A stretch of DNA of 60,304 nt, filler included, from Bacteriovoracaceae bacterium (GTDB lineage: Bacteria; Bdellovibrionota; Bacteriovoracia; Bacteriovoracales; Bacteriovoracaceae): the NCBI GenBank assembly GCA_018649885.1. It is 5 parts of 5 records of this genome, joined end to end, with 100 filler letters (N's around TTAATTAATTAA, not from the genome) between each part and the next. Parts side by side here need not be neighbours in the genome. Positions count along the whole stretch, not along the records: positions 33,947 to 40,440 come from JABIHA010000136.1; positions 40,541 to 55,617 come from JABIHA010000139.1; 3 more parts are not named here. One strand, 5' to 3'. Shown one piece after another: positions 33,947 through 43,444 of the stretch. A model generated the notes under the pieces. That model had not been told where the DNA came from. It did no database searches and worked only from the letters and a program-made list of their open reading frames with translations. Made by a program: the position numbers and the translations under genes. Every line of letters begins with the position of its first letter. The stretch's first letter is position 1.

Positions 33947-35461
33947 GTAACTGCCCAATATACTGTTTTTAAAGAGATCGTATAGTTTGGGCAAGAAAAG
34001 GAAGTTCTCCGCGGGTCGAAGTTCGGTCATCTAGGTATTTCCAAAAACTCACACCAAGCTTTCTGCAAGTTGAGATTATTGATAACATCAAATCCCAGGC
34101 CTCCATGCCTTGTCTAGATCTATTTTGAAGCGAGATCTTTCTTTTGATAACTCTCTCTCTGATGTCCAGCTCTGCTTGATTGTTGTGAAGCGGAAGCTGG
34201 GGGTATTTCAAAAAAAGAAGGAGTTTTTCTTTGTTCTTTGCAGTCCTTCTAAGCTGTCTATCAATGGGTTTTACCAATGTACTCGCCATCGAGATTCGAT
34301 CAAACTCCATTTCAATTTTTGATCTCAACTCCTGTGTCGGGCCTCTGACGTATCTTTTCATGAGCCCATATAAAGCACGCCACTCTTTTACCACCCAGTC
34401 CAAAGTTTTAAACTCTATCTTTTTATAAACTTCTTCCAGTTTATATTTTCGAATTTCATGAACCCAACACAATTGGTGGTTTTTGATTAGCCCTTTAAAA
34501 TTTGTAGCATCATCAGTGATTAAAAACCTGATAGGAGAGGCTCTAGATCCTGTTCCGAGGGCCTTCTTTGCACTTTTCTTATTCTTTCTAAACATCGTCC
34601 TAAAGTCTGTAAAATAGCGATTACTCGTCCCAAACGTATAGGCATTGATCCCATTGATCTTTGCACTGGTTTCATCTATATGAACGTAGGAGCACTTCTT
34701 AATCCCAGCTCTTTTAGCTGCATCAAGTTCTTCTTGAAAATGGCCAGGAATCTTATTGAGAATTGAACAGACTGTTCCCTTGGAAACCAACGTCCCAATA
34801 TCACTGAGCATATCAATTATTTTCCTATGGGGAACACGGTTTTTATAAAACTCGTAAGTTATAAAGTTTCTTAAATTTGGACCGAACTCAGATCCTTTAT
34901 ACTCATCGGGAATACTTCCTTCAAAGGTCTTTTCAGAACTTGGGGAGTAAAAACGCTCTATATTGAACTTTATATTTCTGCGCTTAAAAATTATGTCTTG
35001 AATGATAATTGAACGGCCACCAATGCGTTTGGCATCTTCTGGCAAATCGCCTTCAAATTTAATCTCAATTTCTTCATCTATTTCAAGAGTCGAGTTTCGA
35101 GTTTTCTTTTTGTGAGGTTTCTTGCTCGGAGGATTAAGATCTTTTGAATTAACTGGTTTTATCTTGGGTTTTTTCTTTTCGCCTTTCAGTAGGCGAATTT
35201 GATCTTGAAGCTGTCTATTCTTATCTTTAAGTTCGGTATTTTCTATTCGAGTGTCTAAAGCATCTTGAGCCAGCTCCTGGCACTTATTTTTAAGTTTGCC
35301 CTTATTCCAGTCTTTTATCCAACCAGCAGCAATGTTTTTTAGATCATCAAATGACATGTTAAAATATTGGCAGAAAAATTACGATTGGCCAAATAATATA
35401 AATGACATAGGGCCGCACCGGCAAAAAGATAGAAGGGCCCGACAACTTATTGGGCAGTTAC
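33947..35461 (-). mobile_element. IS66-family element (single ORF, ISBst12-like), 1515 bp
   Basis: Perfect 14-bp terminal inverted repeats GTAACTGCCCAATA (33947-33960 and 35448-35461) enclosing one transposase. Confidence 0.92.
33969..35357 (-). CDS. IS66-family DDE transposase
   Basis: HIDET, LITDD, QLCWVHEIR, HNNQAELDIR, STCRKLG. Confidence 0.92.
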   Translation of the reverse strand: MSFDDLKNIAAGWIKDWNKGKLKNKCQELAQDALDTRIENTELKDKNRQLQDQIRLLKGEKKKPKIKPVNSKDLNPPSKKPHKKKTRNSTLEIDEEIEIKFEGDLPEDAKRIGGRSIIIQDIIFKRRNIKFNIERFYSPSSEKTFEGSIPDEYKGSEFGPNLRNFITYEFYKNRVPHRKIIDMLSDIGTLVSKGTVCSILNKIPGHFQEELDAAKRAGIKKCSYVHIDETSAKINGINAYTFGTSNRYFTDFRTMFRKNKKSAKKALGTGSRASPIRFLITDDATNFKGLIKNHQLCWVHEIRKYKLEEVYKKIEFKTLDWVVKEWRALYGLMKRYVRGPTQELRSKIEMEFDRISMASTLVKPIDRQLRRTAKNKEKLLLFLKYPQLPLHNNQAELDIRERVIKRKISLQNRSRQGMEAWDLMLSIISTCRKLGVSFWKYLDDRTSTRGELPFLAQTIRSL

Positions 35462-35497
35462 ATATCGCCTCAAAAGCCTCTAAATGGGGCCCATTTC

Positions 35498-35513
35498 TGG
35501 CACGTGCCTTGCT
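35498..35513 (+). promoter_or_regulatory. Sigma54 (-24/-12) promoter
   Basis: Exact consensus TGGCAC-N5-TTGCT, 41 nt before the ATG at 35555. Confidence 0.75.
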
Positions 35514-35554
35514 CTATAAGAAGCAAATCAGATGAGTTTAAATGAGGAGAGAAA

Positions 35555-36238
35555 ATGAGAACATTTACAGCTTTGTTATCCCTATTAAGTGTTATGACTT
35601 GCTATTCAGCGCCACAAGAAACTCTGGTCTTAGACCTAGAGGCAGCTGCTATTGAAGTTGAAGCTCCACCTGCTATTGAAGTTGCAGCTCCAGATTTTTT
35701 TGAAAAATCTGAAGCTCTGGCCCAAGAATATCGTGAGCAAAAATTAGATGCATATACTCTCATGGCTCTTTACCTCAAAGATATTATCACAATCGATACA
35801 GTATTAAACAATGATGAACTAGAGATGGAATCAATAGCGACTATGATAAATATAGATGGACAAGAAGTGAGCCAAGAAATTGTTTGTCAGAAATTTGATG
35901 ACTATGTGCTTAGAAGTGAAGCCCTGGCAACTGTCATGAAAGAAAAGAAAATTGAAGAAGTTGAGTATGATTATGATAGCTATGACGATGAGAAAGGCGA
36001 ATACAAAAGATCCTTAGTCGAAACAACCTTGCTTGATCAAATTAATAAAGACCCAAGTATGAGCACCACTCAGCATGGGGCCAACTTAGGACTTCTAGCA
36101 AATATTTGTTTTGCTCCCGATATTACCGATGGCGATCATGTTGTTGGAATGGAAGTACTTCCAAAGGCGATTATAATTGATGAGGTGGAAGCAGCACCTG
36201 AGGCAGTACCTGAAACGGCACCAGCAGTATTAGAATAA
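35555..36238 (+). CDS. Hypothetical acidic secreted protein
   Basis: GAGGAG RBS, signal peptide, Glu-rich. Confidence 0.75.
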   Translation: MRTFTALLSLLSVMTCYSAPQETLVLDLEAAAIEVEAPPAIEVAAPDFFEKSEALAQEYREQKLDAYTLMALYLKDIITIDTVLNNDELEMESIATMINIDGQEVSQEIVCQKFDDYVLRSEALATVMKEKKIEEVEYDYDSYDDEKGEYKRSLVETTLLDQINKDPSMSTTQHGANLGLLANICFAPDITDGDHVVGMEVLPKAIIIDEVEAAPEAVPETAPAVLE

Positions 36239-36249
36239 CAAAATAAATA

Positions 36250-36293
36250 AGGATGATAATTTTGAAATTTAAGTTTCAATTTTATCATCCCTT
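36250..36293 (+). terminator. Hairpin / probable terminator
   Basis: GGATGATAA...TTATCATCC inverted repeat just after the stop codon. Confidence 0.5.
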
Positions 36294-36451
36294 TCTCAAA
36301 CAATAATAACCCCTTAAATTTTCAACTATAAAGTGAGTTGTTTCATAAGTCAGGAAACAACTCGCTGCGTAAAATATATTCAAAACAGACTTTTCCGTTG
36401 GTTAAAATCCCTTATCGCTATATCTCTTTAAGAATATCTAGGAGAGAGATA

Positions 36452-38515
36452 GTGAAAAAATTCATTTTATCCGCATTACTGTTGGCATTTGCGCTAACAG
36501 TTCAAAGTTCCCATGCCTTTGAAGGCGACTATTCAGGTAGAATTGAAAAAGAGCTGACTAGAAAAGGAATGCCTAATGAGTACTCCCAAGAGGCCAAAAA
36601 CAAACTGGTAAAATATATTGGAAAAGAAAAGCACAAAATCAATACCAGGCTAAAACGAGTCACCGATGAAGACCGCCAAAAAGAGCTCAAGACAAATCTT
36701 GATTACTACGACTATGCTCTTTCACTTCTAGCGGAAGATTCACATAATCCTCCTGAAAACTACACCTACGCTAGACGTGTCATTTACTACGTCAAGGCCT
36801 CTGAATTTTTAGTTGAGGGTATAACATTTCAAGTAATCAAGGCAATCCTAGCTCAACTTCGCACAAAAATTAACTATGTATATCCTGAACATCAAAATTT
36901 AAGGCTCGATCTTAAAAAAGCATCTGATGAGGCAACAAACTTAATGAACAATACGACCGGACAATATTACCGGCCCGAAGAGCTTAAAGGCATGAGTATA
37001 AAAGAAGTGGCAGAACAAGATATTTCAAAAGATCATGCCCTTTGGAATACAAAAGAGGCCATGACAAGAATTGGAAACCCCTGGAAGAAGTTGGAAGACA
37101 ATATTGAGCTAGAGACAAGTCAGTACCTCGCTAAGAAAGAAAAAAAGCTTGGAGATGATTTTAAATTCGAGCTCAGTAAGGCCCGGAATATTCTCTTTTT
37201 TAGGAACCTCAAAGAGTCTGCAAGCTCCGCCAAGCTTAAGGCAAGAGGTCCATATGGATTAAACTGGAAAATAAAATTTGGTGTGGAAACACAAACAGAG
37301 CCTGTCGCCTCAAGACTATATGCCTTTTCTGGTGGCAAGTACGTCGATTTAACTTATTCAATGCATATAAGTAAAACTCCACTAACATTAATCCTCGACA
37401 AGAAAAAAGAAATGGAGGAAGGGGAAAAATATTGTGACCGCATAGAAACGGCGGTGAAGTTAGTCGAGTGTTTTAAAAAGAGTAAATTCAAATTTGCCCT
37501 GTCTCCCTACATCCATAAGACGGGAGTTGTTACAAAAGAAAATGCAGAAAAAGTACTTGGACTTCTTCCGGGTGATGCTCTCAAAAAATATCGCCTTAAA
37601 AAGATTATTGGAAGAAACTATGTGATATTTAATGAAGTTTCTGTCGAATTCCAAGGAAAGAAAAAGTTTCTTAACAGAGAAGGACCAGTCCCTATGGAAA
37701 GCATGGGCTCTCAAACGGACCGAGTTTCAAGAGGACTGGGATTATTTAATCTCTTCATAGGAAATATTGATGTTAAGGCCCTAAATAGTAAGGCCGTCCT
37801 TTACAAAGATTTTAATAATGCGGGCGTTGTTCAGACTACCATTGTTGAAACAGAACACGACCTGGGCGCCACCCTTGGAAGCGTTATGTTCGGTGGAAAA
37901 CTCAATGGCATGGCCATTGGTTCAAAATTTTTAAAAGTGAGAGGACGAGATAAAAAAGTTTCTAAGAAGCTTCTCTACAGAAGTCCCCTTCTTTTTAGAC
38001 CCACCTCTTGGTTAGATGCCACTCACTCAGATCATTTATGGATGGCAAAAAAGATCGCTGCCCTTACTACTGAAAAAATAGAAGAAGCAGTCGCTGCCTC
38101 AATGTGGCCTGATTTTATGCAAAAAACTTTCGTTTACCGAATTATTGGGCGTAGAAATCATATTGCGAAACTTTATGGGATAGAAAATTTATTAGATGGT
38201 AAAGCAAACCCTGCTCCTACTATCAAGGTTGACTTATCCTCAGCTGAAAAAATTAAAGCAAACGCTACGAGATATAATTTAAGTGCCAGAAAAATTAAAT
38301 CCATCATGGACAAGCATAGTCTTACAACTAGTGATTACAAGGATACCTTGATTAGCAAAGGAAAGGTTGTTAAGTGTCACAAATCTATTCTGATAGGACT
38401 ACTAGAAGATCAGTACCCCACGGGACTAAGCCGTAGGGTTTTTAGATTTTTTGATGGAAAAGAGCTTGGGCATTGTACTTATGGCAGGCCCAAGATTTTT
38501 CCACTACTCAAATAA
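36452..38515 (+). CDS. Secreted protein with atypical kinase-like motifs
   Basis: GTG start after AGGAGAG with signal peptide (SHA-F); SSAK, WKIKFG.E...E, GNIDVKALN and HDLGATLG motifs. Confidence 0.65.
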   Translation: MKKFILSALLLAFALTVQSSHAFEGDYSGRIEKELTRKGMPNEYSQEAKNKLVKYIGKEKHKINTRLKRVTDEDRQKELKTNLDYYDYALSLLAEDSHNPPENYTYARRVIYYVKASEFLVEGITFQVIKAILAQLRTKINYVYPEHQNLRLDLKKASDEATNLMNNTTGQYYRPEELKGMSIKEVAEQDISKDHALWNTKEAMTRIGNPWKKLEDNIELETSQYLAKKEKKLGDDFKFELSKARNILFFRNLKESASSAKLKARGPYGLNWKIKFGVETQTEPVASRLYAFSGGKYVDLTYSMHISKTPLTLILDKKKEMEEGEKYCDRIETAVKLVECFKKSKFKFALSPYIHKTGVVTKENAEKVLGLLPGDALKKYRLKKIIGRNYVIFNEVSVEFQGKKKFLNREGPVPMESMGSQTDRVSRGLGLFNLFIGNIDVKALNSKAVLYKDFNNAGVVQTTIVETEHDLGATLGSVMFGGKLNGMAIGSKFLKVRGRDKKVSKKLLYRSPLLFRPTSWLDATHSDHLWMAKKIAALTTEKIEEAVAASMWPDFMQKTFVYRIIGRRNHIAKLYGIENLLDGKANPAPTIKVDLSSAEKIKANATRYNLSARKIKSIMDKHSLTTSDYKDTLISKGKVVKCHKSILIGLLEDQYPTGLSRRVFRFFDGKELGHCTYGRPKIFPLLK

Positions 38516-38537
38516 ATGCTTTGGACCAAAGTCACTC

Positions 38538-39263
38538 TTAGTCCTCATGAGAGCCGCTTACTTCTTCGTCAGTTTCTGCTTGAGAAGTGGGGAATTTCTT
38601 TAATTCAGATCGTACTGCTTCTTTAACTTCTTCAACTTCTGAACAAACTTCAAGGGCCTCAAGATATTCGCTATGTGCTGATAATGGTATTTTTTGTCCA
38701 GGATATGCGAGTGAATAGAATTCCTCCATTGATTGAAAAGAATCAAAGACAGCACCTATTCTTTTTTTGAGCTCATGATGAAAGGCACCTCTTGAGCTTT
38801 CATCAAGAAGAGAGCCTCCAGATAGAGTTTGCTCAATTTCGGCCAATTTGGGCCTAGCGGCCAGAGTATAATCAAAATCTATTAAGTCTGGGTGAGACTC
38901 ATTTTTCTCTCTTATGTTATAAACAAAATAAAGAGGATTTTTTTCAGGCATATCTAAGACAAAGTAATAAAAGTCTTCAAATCGCTGCTCAAAATCTTTG
39001 GGATTATCGCCACTAGTATTTTTATTAACAGTGGGCTTGTTTGAAAGCTGGTAATAGTTCGCATGCTCACTAGTAAAAGCATAAAATCCATGCACTCCCT
39101 CTTTTTCAATTGGAAGTATAATAATGTCACCATTGACTAAATAGTTTGAACCATCAGAGTACCCAATCAAGGCCTCATAGCAGGCCATCTCATGGTGCAA
39201 GTTTGCACTGGCAAAAGCGGTTGGACAGAGCAAAATTAAAATTAGATTTAAAAATACTTTCAT
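38538..39263 (-). CDS. Hypothetical secreted protein
   Basis: Start refined to MKVFLNLIL...AFA signal peptide. Confidence 0.7.
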   Translation of the reverse strand: MKVFLNLILILLCPTAFASANLHHEMACYEALIGYSDGSNYLVNGDIIILPIEKEGVHGFYAFTSEHANYYQLSNKPTVNKNTSGDNPKDFEQRFEDFYYFVLDMPEKNPLYFVYNIREKNESHPDLIDFDYTLAARPKLAEIEQTLSGGSLLDESSRGAFHHELKKRIGAVFDSFQSMEEFYSLAYPGQKIPLSAHSEYLEALEVCSEVEEVKEAVRSELKKFPTSQAETDEEVSGSHED

Positions 39264-39363
39264 CTTGGTATACCCCTGTGCACTACTCAAATACTTCGGA
39301 AATAACTTAAAAGTAGTTGAGCATTTTATTCGGGGAAGGACCGATTTAAACAACTTTTATTTC

Positions 39364-39756
39364 TTATCTCCTGTACTTAAAACTCCTGAGAGCACTCGTT
39401 GCAATCCCTGATTCAATTTCTTCTGGGGTATAATAATAGACTGGGATATTTTTCTTTTCGCAAAATTCAATCTCTTTAGTAACTCCATAAGACTCTTCCC
39501 AGCCTTCGATTTTAAGGACAATCATTCCCTTAGATGCTGCAAGTAAACTAAAATCAAAATCTAAAATGATACTTCTTCTTTCCTCGAGGGAGAAATCATT
39601 GTAAGTCTTCATCATGGCATGATTGTGAACAATAGGGCTTAATGTAAAAACTCTATCCTTAATTAATCTACCACAAGCATTCGCCGCGAACTGTGCTCGC
39701 TCAACTTTTTGTTCGTCAGTTCCGTTATATGGATTTGATAAATAAAAATATTTCAC
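39364..39756 (-). CDS. DUF1937-like protein (N-deoxyribosyltransferase-like fold)
   Basis: YLSNPY, SPIVHNH, GWEESYGV..E motifs. Confidence 0.75.
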   Translation of the reverse strand: MKYFYLSNPYNGTDEQKVERAQFAANACGRLIKDRVFTLSPIVHNHAMMKTYNDFSLEERRSIILDFDFSLLAASKGMIVLKIEGWEESYGVTKEIEFCEKKNIPVYYYTPEEIESGIATSALRSFKYRR

Positions 39757-39770
39757 TTCTTTTCCTGGTT

Positions 39771-40083
39771 TTACTTACTGTGCTTTTCTTTATTCCAATA
39801 ACAAAGGCCGATCTGTTTTTGATTAGGTTTAAATCCAACTGACTCATATATTTTTGCAGCGTGATATTCTTCATCCGCCACCATAACGAGAGTTTTAGCT
39901 CCCATATTTTCTAATGCGTGCGATGCAGACTCGTATACCAGAGTACTACAAACACCTCGCCTTTGAAAATCAGAGTGCGTACTTACAATTTGAAAGCAAG
40001 CTACGTCTTTATCTGTAAAAATCCCAAGTGAGCCTACCAAGGTCTCATTAATGAATGCACCAAACCACTTCCCATGACCATCT
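39771..40083 (-). pseudogene. GNAT acetyltransferase, C-terminal fragment
   Basis: Frame reads DGHGKWFGAF...V.TH.DFQRRG...AAKIYESVGF; the N-terminus is replaced by GFA sequence. Confidence 0.65.
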
Positions 40084-40231
40084 TCACTGAACTTCGCAAA
40101 ACATCAACCGAAGCTTCATAATGGCCAGAATGCCTTCTGCATTGACTACAATGGCAAGCAGTTGGTTTAGGCAGATCACCTGAAACTTCAAAACTGATTT
40201 CACCACAAAGACATGAACCTTTATGCATCAA
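40034..40231 (-). pseudogene. GFA-family protein, N-terminal fragment
   Basis: GSCLCG and CHCSQCRR present; the downstream FCxxCGS half is missing. Confidence 0.7.
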
Positions 40232-40440
40232 ACTTCTCCTTATTTATCTATGAAATAACATAATCTAAAAAGAAAATTGTTACTCATAAATATGTCCCAT
40301 TGGACTAAAAGCCGTTCCGGCTTGGAGAATACCCCATAGTCCCAGTCAGTCAAGATGTTAATAAGTTCCCGTTATCACTCCTTTTTCACCATTCACCATT
40401 TCTCCCTGAAAATTTAGTCTTAACCAATTTTGTTCAAGGA

Positions 40441-40540
40441 NNNNNNNNNNNNNNNNNNNNNNNNNNNNNNNNNNNNNNNNNNNNTTAATTAATTAANNNN
40501 NNNNNNNNNNNNNNNNNNNNNNNNNNNNNNNNNNNNNNNN
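40441..40540. other. Artificial contig linker
   Basis: N44-TTAATTAATTAA-N44. Confidence 0.97.
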
Positions 40541-40798
40541 ATCCCCAGCTTCCACTTCACAACAACCAAGCAGAGCTAGACATCAGAGAGAGAGTTATCA
40601 AAAGAAAGATCTCACTTCAAAATAGATCAAGACAAGGCATGGAGGCATGGGATTTGATGCTATCAATAATCTCAACTTGCAGAAAACTTGGTGTGAGTTT
40701 TTGGAAATACCTAGATGATCGAACTTCGGCCCGCGGAGAACTTCCTTTTCTTGCCCAAACTATACGATCTCTTTAAAAACAGTATATTGGGCAGTTAC
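40541..40798 (+). mobile_element. Second IS66 copy, 3' end (cut by contig start)
   Basis: Near-identical to the reverse complement of 33947-34204; ends in IR TATTGGGCAGTTAC (40785-40798). Confidence 0.93.
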
Positions 40799-40930
40799 AG
40801 AAAATCTGTTGAATAAATCGAGAGCATTGTAAGAAAAACAATACTCATTCCTTTTACTTAAATTCAGCCGTAAAATATAGAGCACTTAAAGTGTGCGAAG
40901 AAAATTGGCGTTAATAACCTTGGGGGGTCC

Positions 40931-41245
40931 ATGAAAACGTTTCTATTATCTACAATTATTTTTGTTAGTATCATTTCGGTAAGTTCTGCGAGTACTATCT
41001 GTAGTTTCTATTGCGTAAAGACAGAAAGTGGAGTTTCTGGTGCGAATTTAATCCCAACATTATTCAAATCAGAAAGCAATGAACTGAGTCAAGTCTTAGG
41101 GACAGAAGCTATGGCACATTGTGAAGAAATGAATGAAGGCAGTCATCCAATCGGAAATTTTATTATCCATCCAGATGGTAGCTACGACGTTAATTCAATG
41201 AGTGCTGATTTACATACTCATAAAGCTAACTGTATTTCTCTCTAG
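40931..41245 (+). CDS. Small secreted Cys-containing hypothetical protein
   Basis: Signal peptide, 4 Cys, GGGGG RBS. Confidence 0.7.
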   Translation: MKTFLLSTIIFVSIISVSSASTICSFYCVKTESGVSGANLIPTLFKSESNELSQVLGTEAMAHCEEMNEGSHPIGNFIIHPDGSYDVNSMSADLHTHKANCISL

Positions 41246-41275
41246 GAAAAATTAGGGCCATAAATTCTCCTCTCC

Positions 41276-41608
41276 CTAAAGTGAAGTCCCACTAAAGAAC
41301 GTCCTGAGTCTGGCCCTGTTTTCGCTGGTGTCATATTCGGGACACCCTTCATAGTCCCTATCGACCAGCTTAGTGACTCTGTACTTCCTATCATTTACAG
41401 AATTAGTATATGTATTGGTCTCTATTGATTCTATCCACTCTGATATTTTTGAAATTTTTTTAAAAGTTGTATTTTCTTGAATTTTAGATTCCATCAGAAG
41501 GCTAGCTATACTTGAAGCATCGCTGTGAAAAATTTTTGACTTAATTAATTCATCAGCATGGCAGATAGAGCTGATTGATAAAATGACACACAAAATAGTT
41601 ACTTTCAT
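41276..41608 (-). CDS. Small secreted hypothetical protein
   Basis: Signal peptide (CHA-D), AGGGGG RBS. Confidence 0.6.
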   Translation of the reverse strand: MKVTILCVILSISSICHADELIKSKIFHSDASSIASLLMESKIQENTTFKKISKISEWIESIETNTYTNSVNDRKYRVTKLVDRDYEGCPEYDTSENRARLRTFFSGTSL

Positions 41609-41916
41609 AGACCCCCCTAGAGCGTAAAATTATGACTTAATTTTGAAAGTAGCATATCTTTTTCAAGAAAATTCTCAAGTAAAAATACCTCGAAAATACC
41701 ACAATCCATTACTAATGAAAGTATTTCATTTGCCAATGTTACAAGTCTAAGTAATTTTTTTGAGTTCGGTATGAAAGGGATAGAATGCGAAAGCTAGGAT
41801 TTGCAAGAACTTGTTGATGTATCCGTTAGTTATCCTCATTAAACCAAAAAGTACGAGACGTGGTACAAGCGGACGAATTTTACGAAAATTTAATCAGAGA
41901 AAATTATAATAAAATA

Positions 41917-42459
41917 TTAGCTCTTAATCTCAAGCGTATTCACCTCAGGCCCATGCATCTTAATATACTCATTATGAAAAGTATTAGAATCAAGCCCCGA
42001 TCTATCTCTTCTATCGTAGAGTTGCTCTCTGGTTAATTGATACCCCTGATAATTTTCAAGATACTGTTTCCTAGTCACACCAACGACTCCGTTAAACGCA
42101 TCATCAATTCTTTGCTTATGAGCAAAGTATAAGTTCTCGGGAAGCTCATCTCTGGAGAAAAATCCAATCTCCAACACTTCACCTTTTTGCTCACAAAGTT
42201 TTCCATTGATGGCCTTTGCCCTAAAAAGTGCGCAGTGAGAGTCTTGCATTAAATTAAATTTAGAATACATACCAACCATTGAGGTAATTTCAATATCAAG
42301 GCCAACCTCTTCTTTTGCTTCTCTTATGGCAGCCTCACAAATAGACTCACCATCCTCTACAGTTCCACCAGGAAGACACCATACTTTGAAGTCATCACGC
42401 TTGGTAAGTAAAATTTGATCATCCTTAATTAGGGCCATATTTACAGTGAGTGTTGGCAT
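41917..42459 (-). CDS. NUDIX hydrolase
   Basis: Nudix box GGTVEDGESICEAAIREAKEEVG. Confidence 0.92.
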   Translation of the reverse strand: MPTLTVNMALIKDDQILLTKRDDFKVWCLPGGTVEDGESICEAAIREAKEEVGLDIEITSMVGMYSKFNLMQDSHCALFRAKAINGKLCEQKGEVLEIGFFSRDELPENLYFAHKQRIDDAFNGVVGVTRKQYLENYQGYQLTREQLYDRRDRSGLDSNTFHNEYIKMHGPEVNTLEIKS

Positions 42460-42480
42460 AGAAAAATTTCTCCTCAGTAT

Positions 42481-43338
42481 CTAAAGTATTTCATGGCAAC
42501 GATTTGGCAGATTTTTTCTTCTCTCCAAAAAGCGTGCAATAAAGTCAACTTCTTCTTCTTTTTTTTCGAGTGCTTCTTCAGTAAACCACCAAGCAAGTGT
42601 TTTGTCACAAGCAATATCTTTTGGATCAGCTTGGCCTTTGCATAGTGGACCATTACCAGGGCATTTTAGTCGTACATGAAAATGATCATTATGCCCCCAC
42701 CAAGGGCGGATTTTTTTTAGCTGGTCATTATTGAAACCATGATGAGTAGGGTGATCACACAATTGTTTTTTAATAAGTGGGGTAACAAAGATTCTCTGAA
42801 CTGTATTGTTTCCGGACAAGATTTTAAGTATGCCCCTTTCTCTCGGCGTCCACTTCTTTGGGTTTAGCTTTTCATGGGACTCAGTCAACACAGAAGAAGC
42901 TGAGATGGTTTCTCTTTGGGCGAGATCGAGTGCTTTGCCACTTGGGAATGTTTGCATCCATATATCGACATCAAGACCTATTTGATGAGAGGCATGGCCT
43001 GTAAGGCTTGGGCCACCTTTGGCGTGGCCTAAATCTGAAACGCTCAATTTTACACCATATTTTTTTTGAACCTGCTTTGCACTGGATGTGATGAAATTTA
43101 TCAAATTGGGGTGACCCCAAAACCTTCCCCTTGATACTCTCATTGTCTCTAACCCTACTTGTGAAATGGGTAGAGAGACGGCTCCAATAAGACATCCTGA
43201 ATTGTATCCACCGATAGATGTTGCAACTCCTTTTTCTGGAACTTGTTGGGAGAGTTGATGGATTTCTAAATTTGGTCGACTTGAGCAACCGAATAAACAA
43301 ATTGAGCTGAAATAGAAAAGAATATTAAAATATTTCAC
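42481..43338 (-). CDS. mepA: Penicillin-insensitive murein endopeptidase (M74), predicted lipoprotein
   Basis: IGGYNSGCL, WGHP, HASHQIGLDVD, RPWWGHNDHFHVRL; lipobox LFGC. Confidence 0.9.
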   Translation of the reverse strand: MKYFNILFYFSSICLFGCSSRPNLEIHQLSQQVPEKGVATSIGGYNSGCLIGAVSLPISQVGLETMRVSRGRFWGHPNLINFITSSAKQVQKKYGVKLSVSDLGHAKGGPSLTGHASHQIGLDVDIWMQTFPSGKALDLAQRETISASSVLTESHEKLNPKKWTPRERGILKILSGNNTVQRIFVTPLIKKQLCDHPTHHGFNNDQLKKIRPWWGHNDHFHVRLKCPGNGPLCKGQADPKDIACDKTLAWWFTEEALEKKEEEVDFIARFLERRKNLPNRCHEIL

Positions 43339-43382
43339 AAAAAAAGGATAGGGGGGATTTCTGGGATAGTCTAATCAAATAG

Positions 43383-43417
43383 AAAAAAAAAAGGCTTGGA
43401 CAATTCAGTCCAAGCCT
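43383..43417 (-). terminator. Intrinsic terminator
   Basis: AGGCTTGGAC/GTCCAAGCCT stem followed by a U-tract on the minus strand. Confidence 0.8.
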
Positions 43418-43444
43418 ATAGACAAGGGGGATGCAAAAAAGGGA

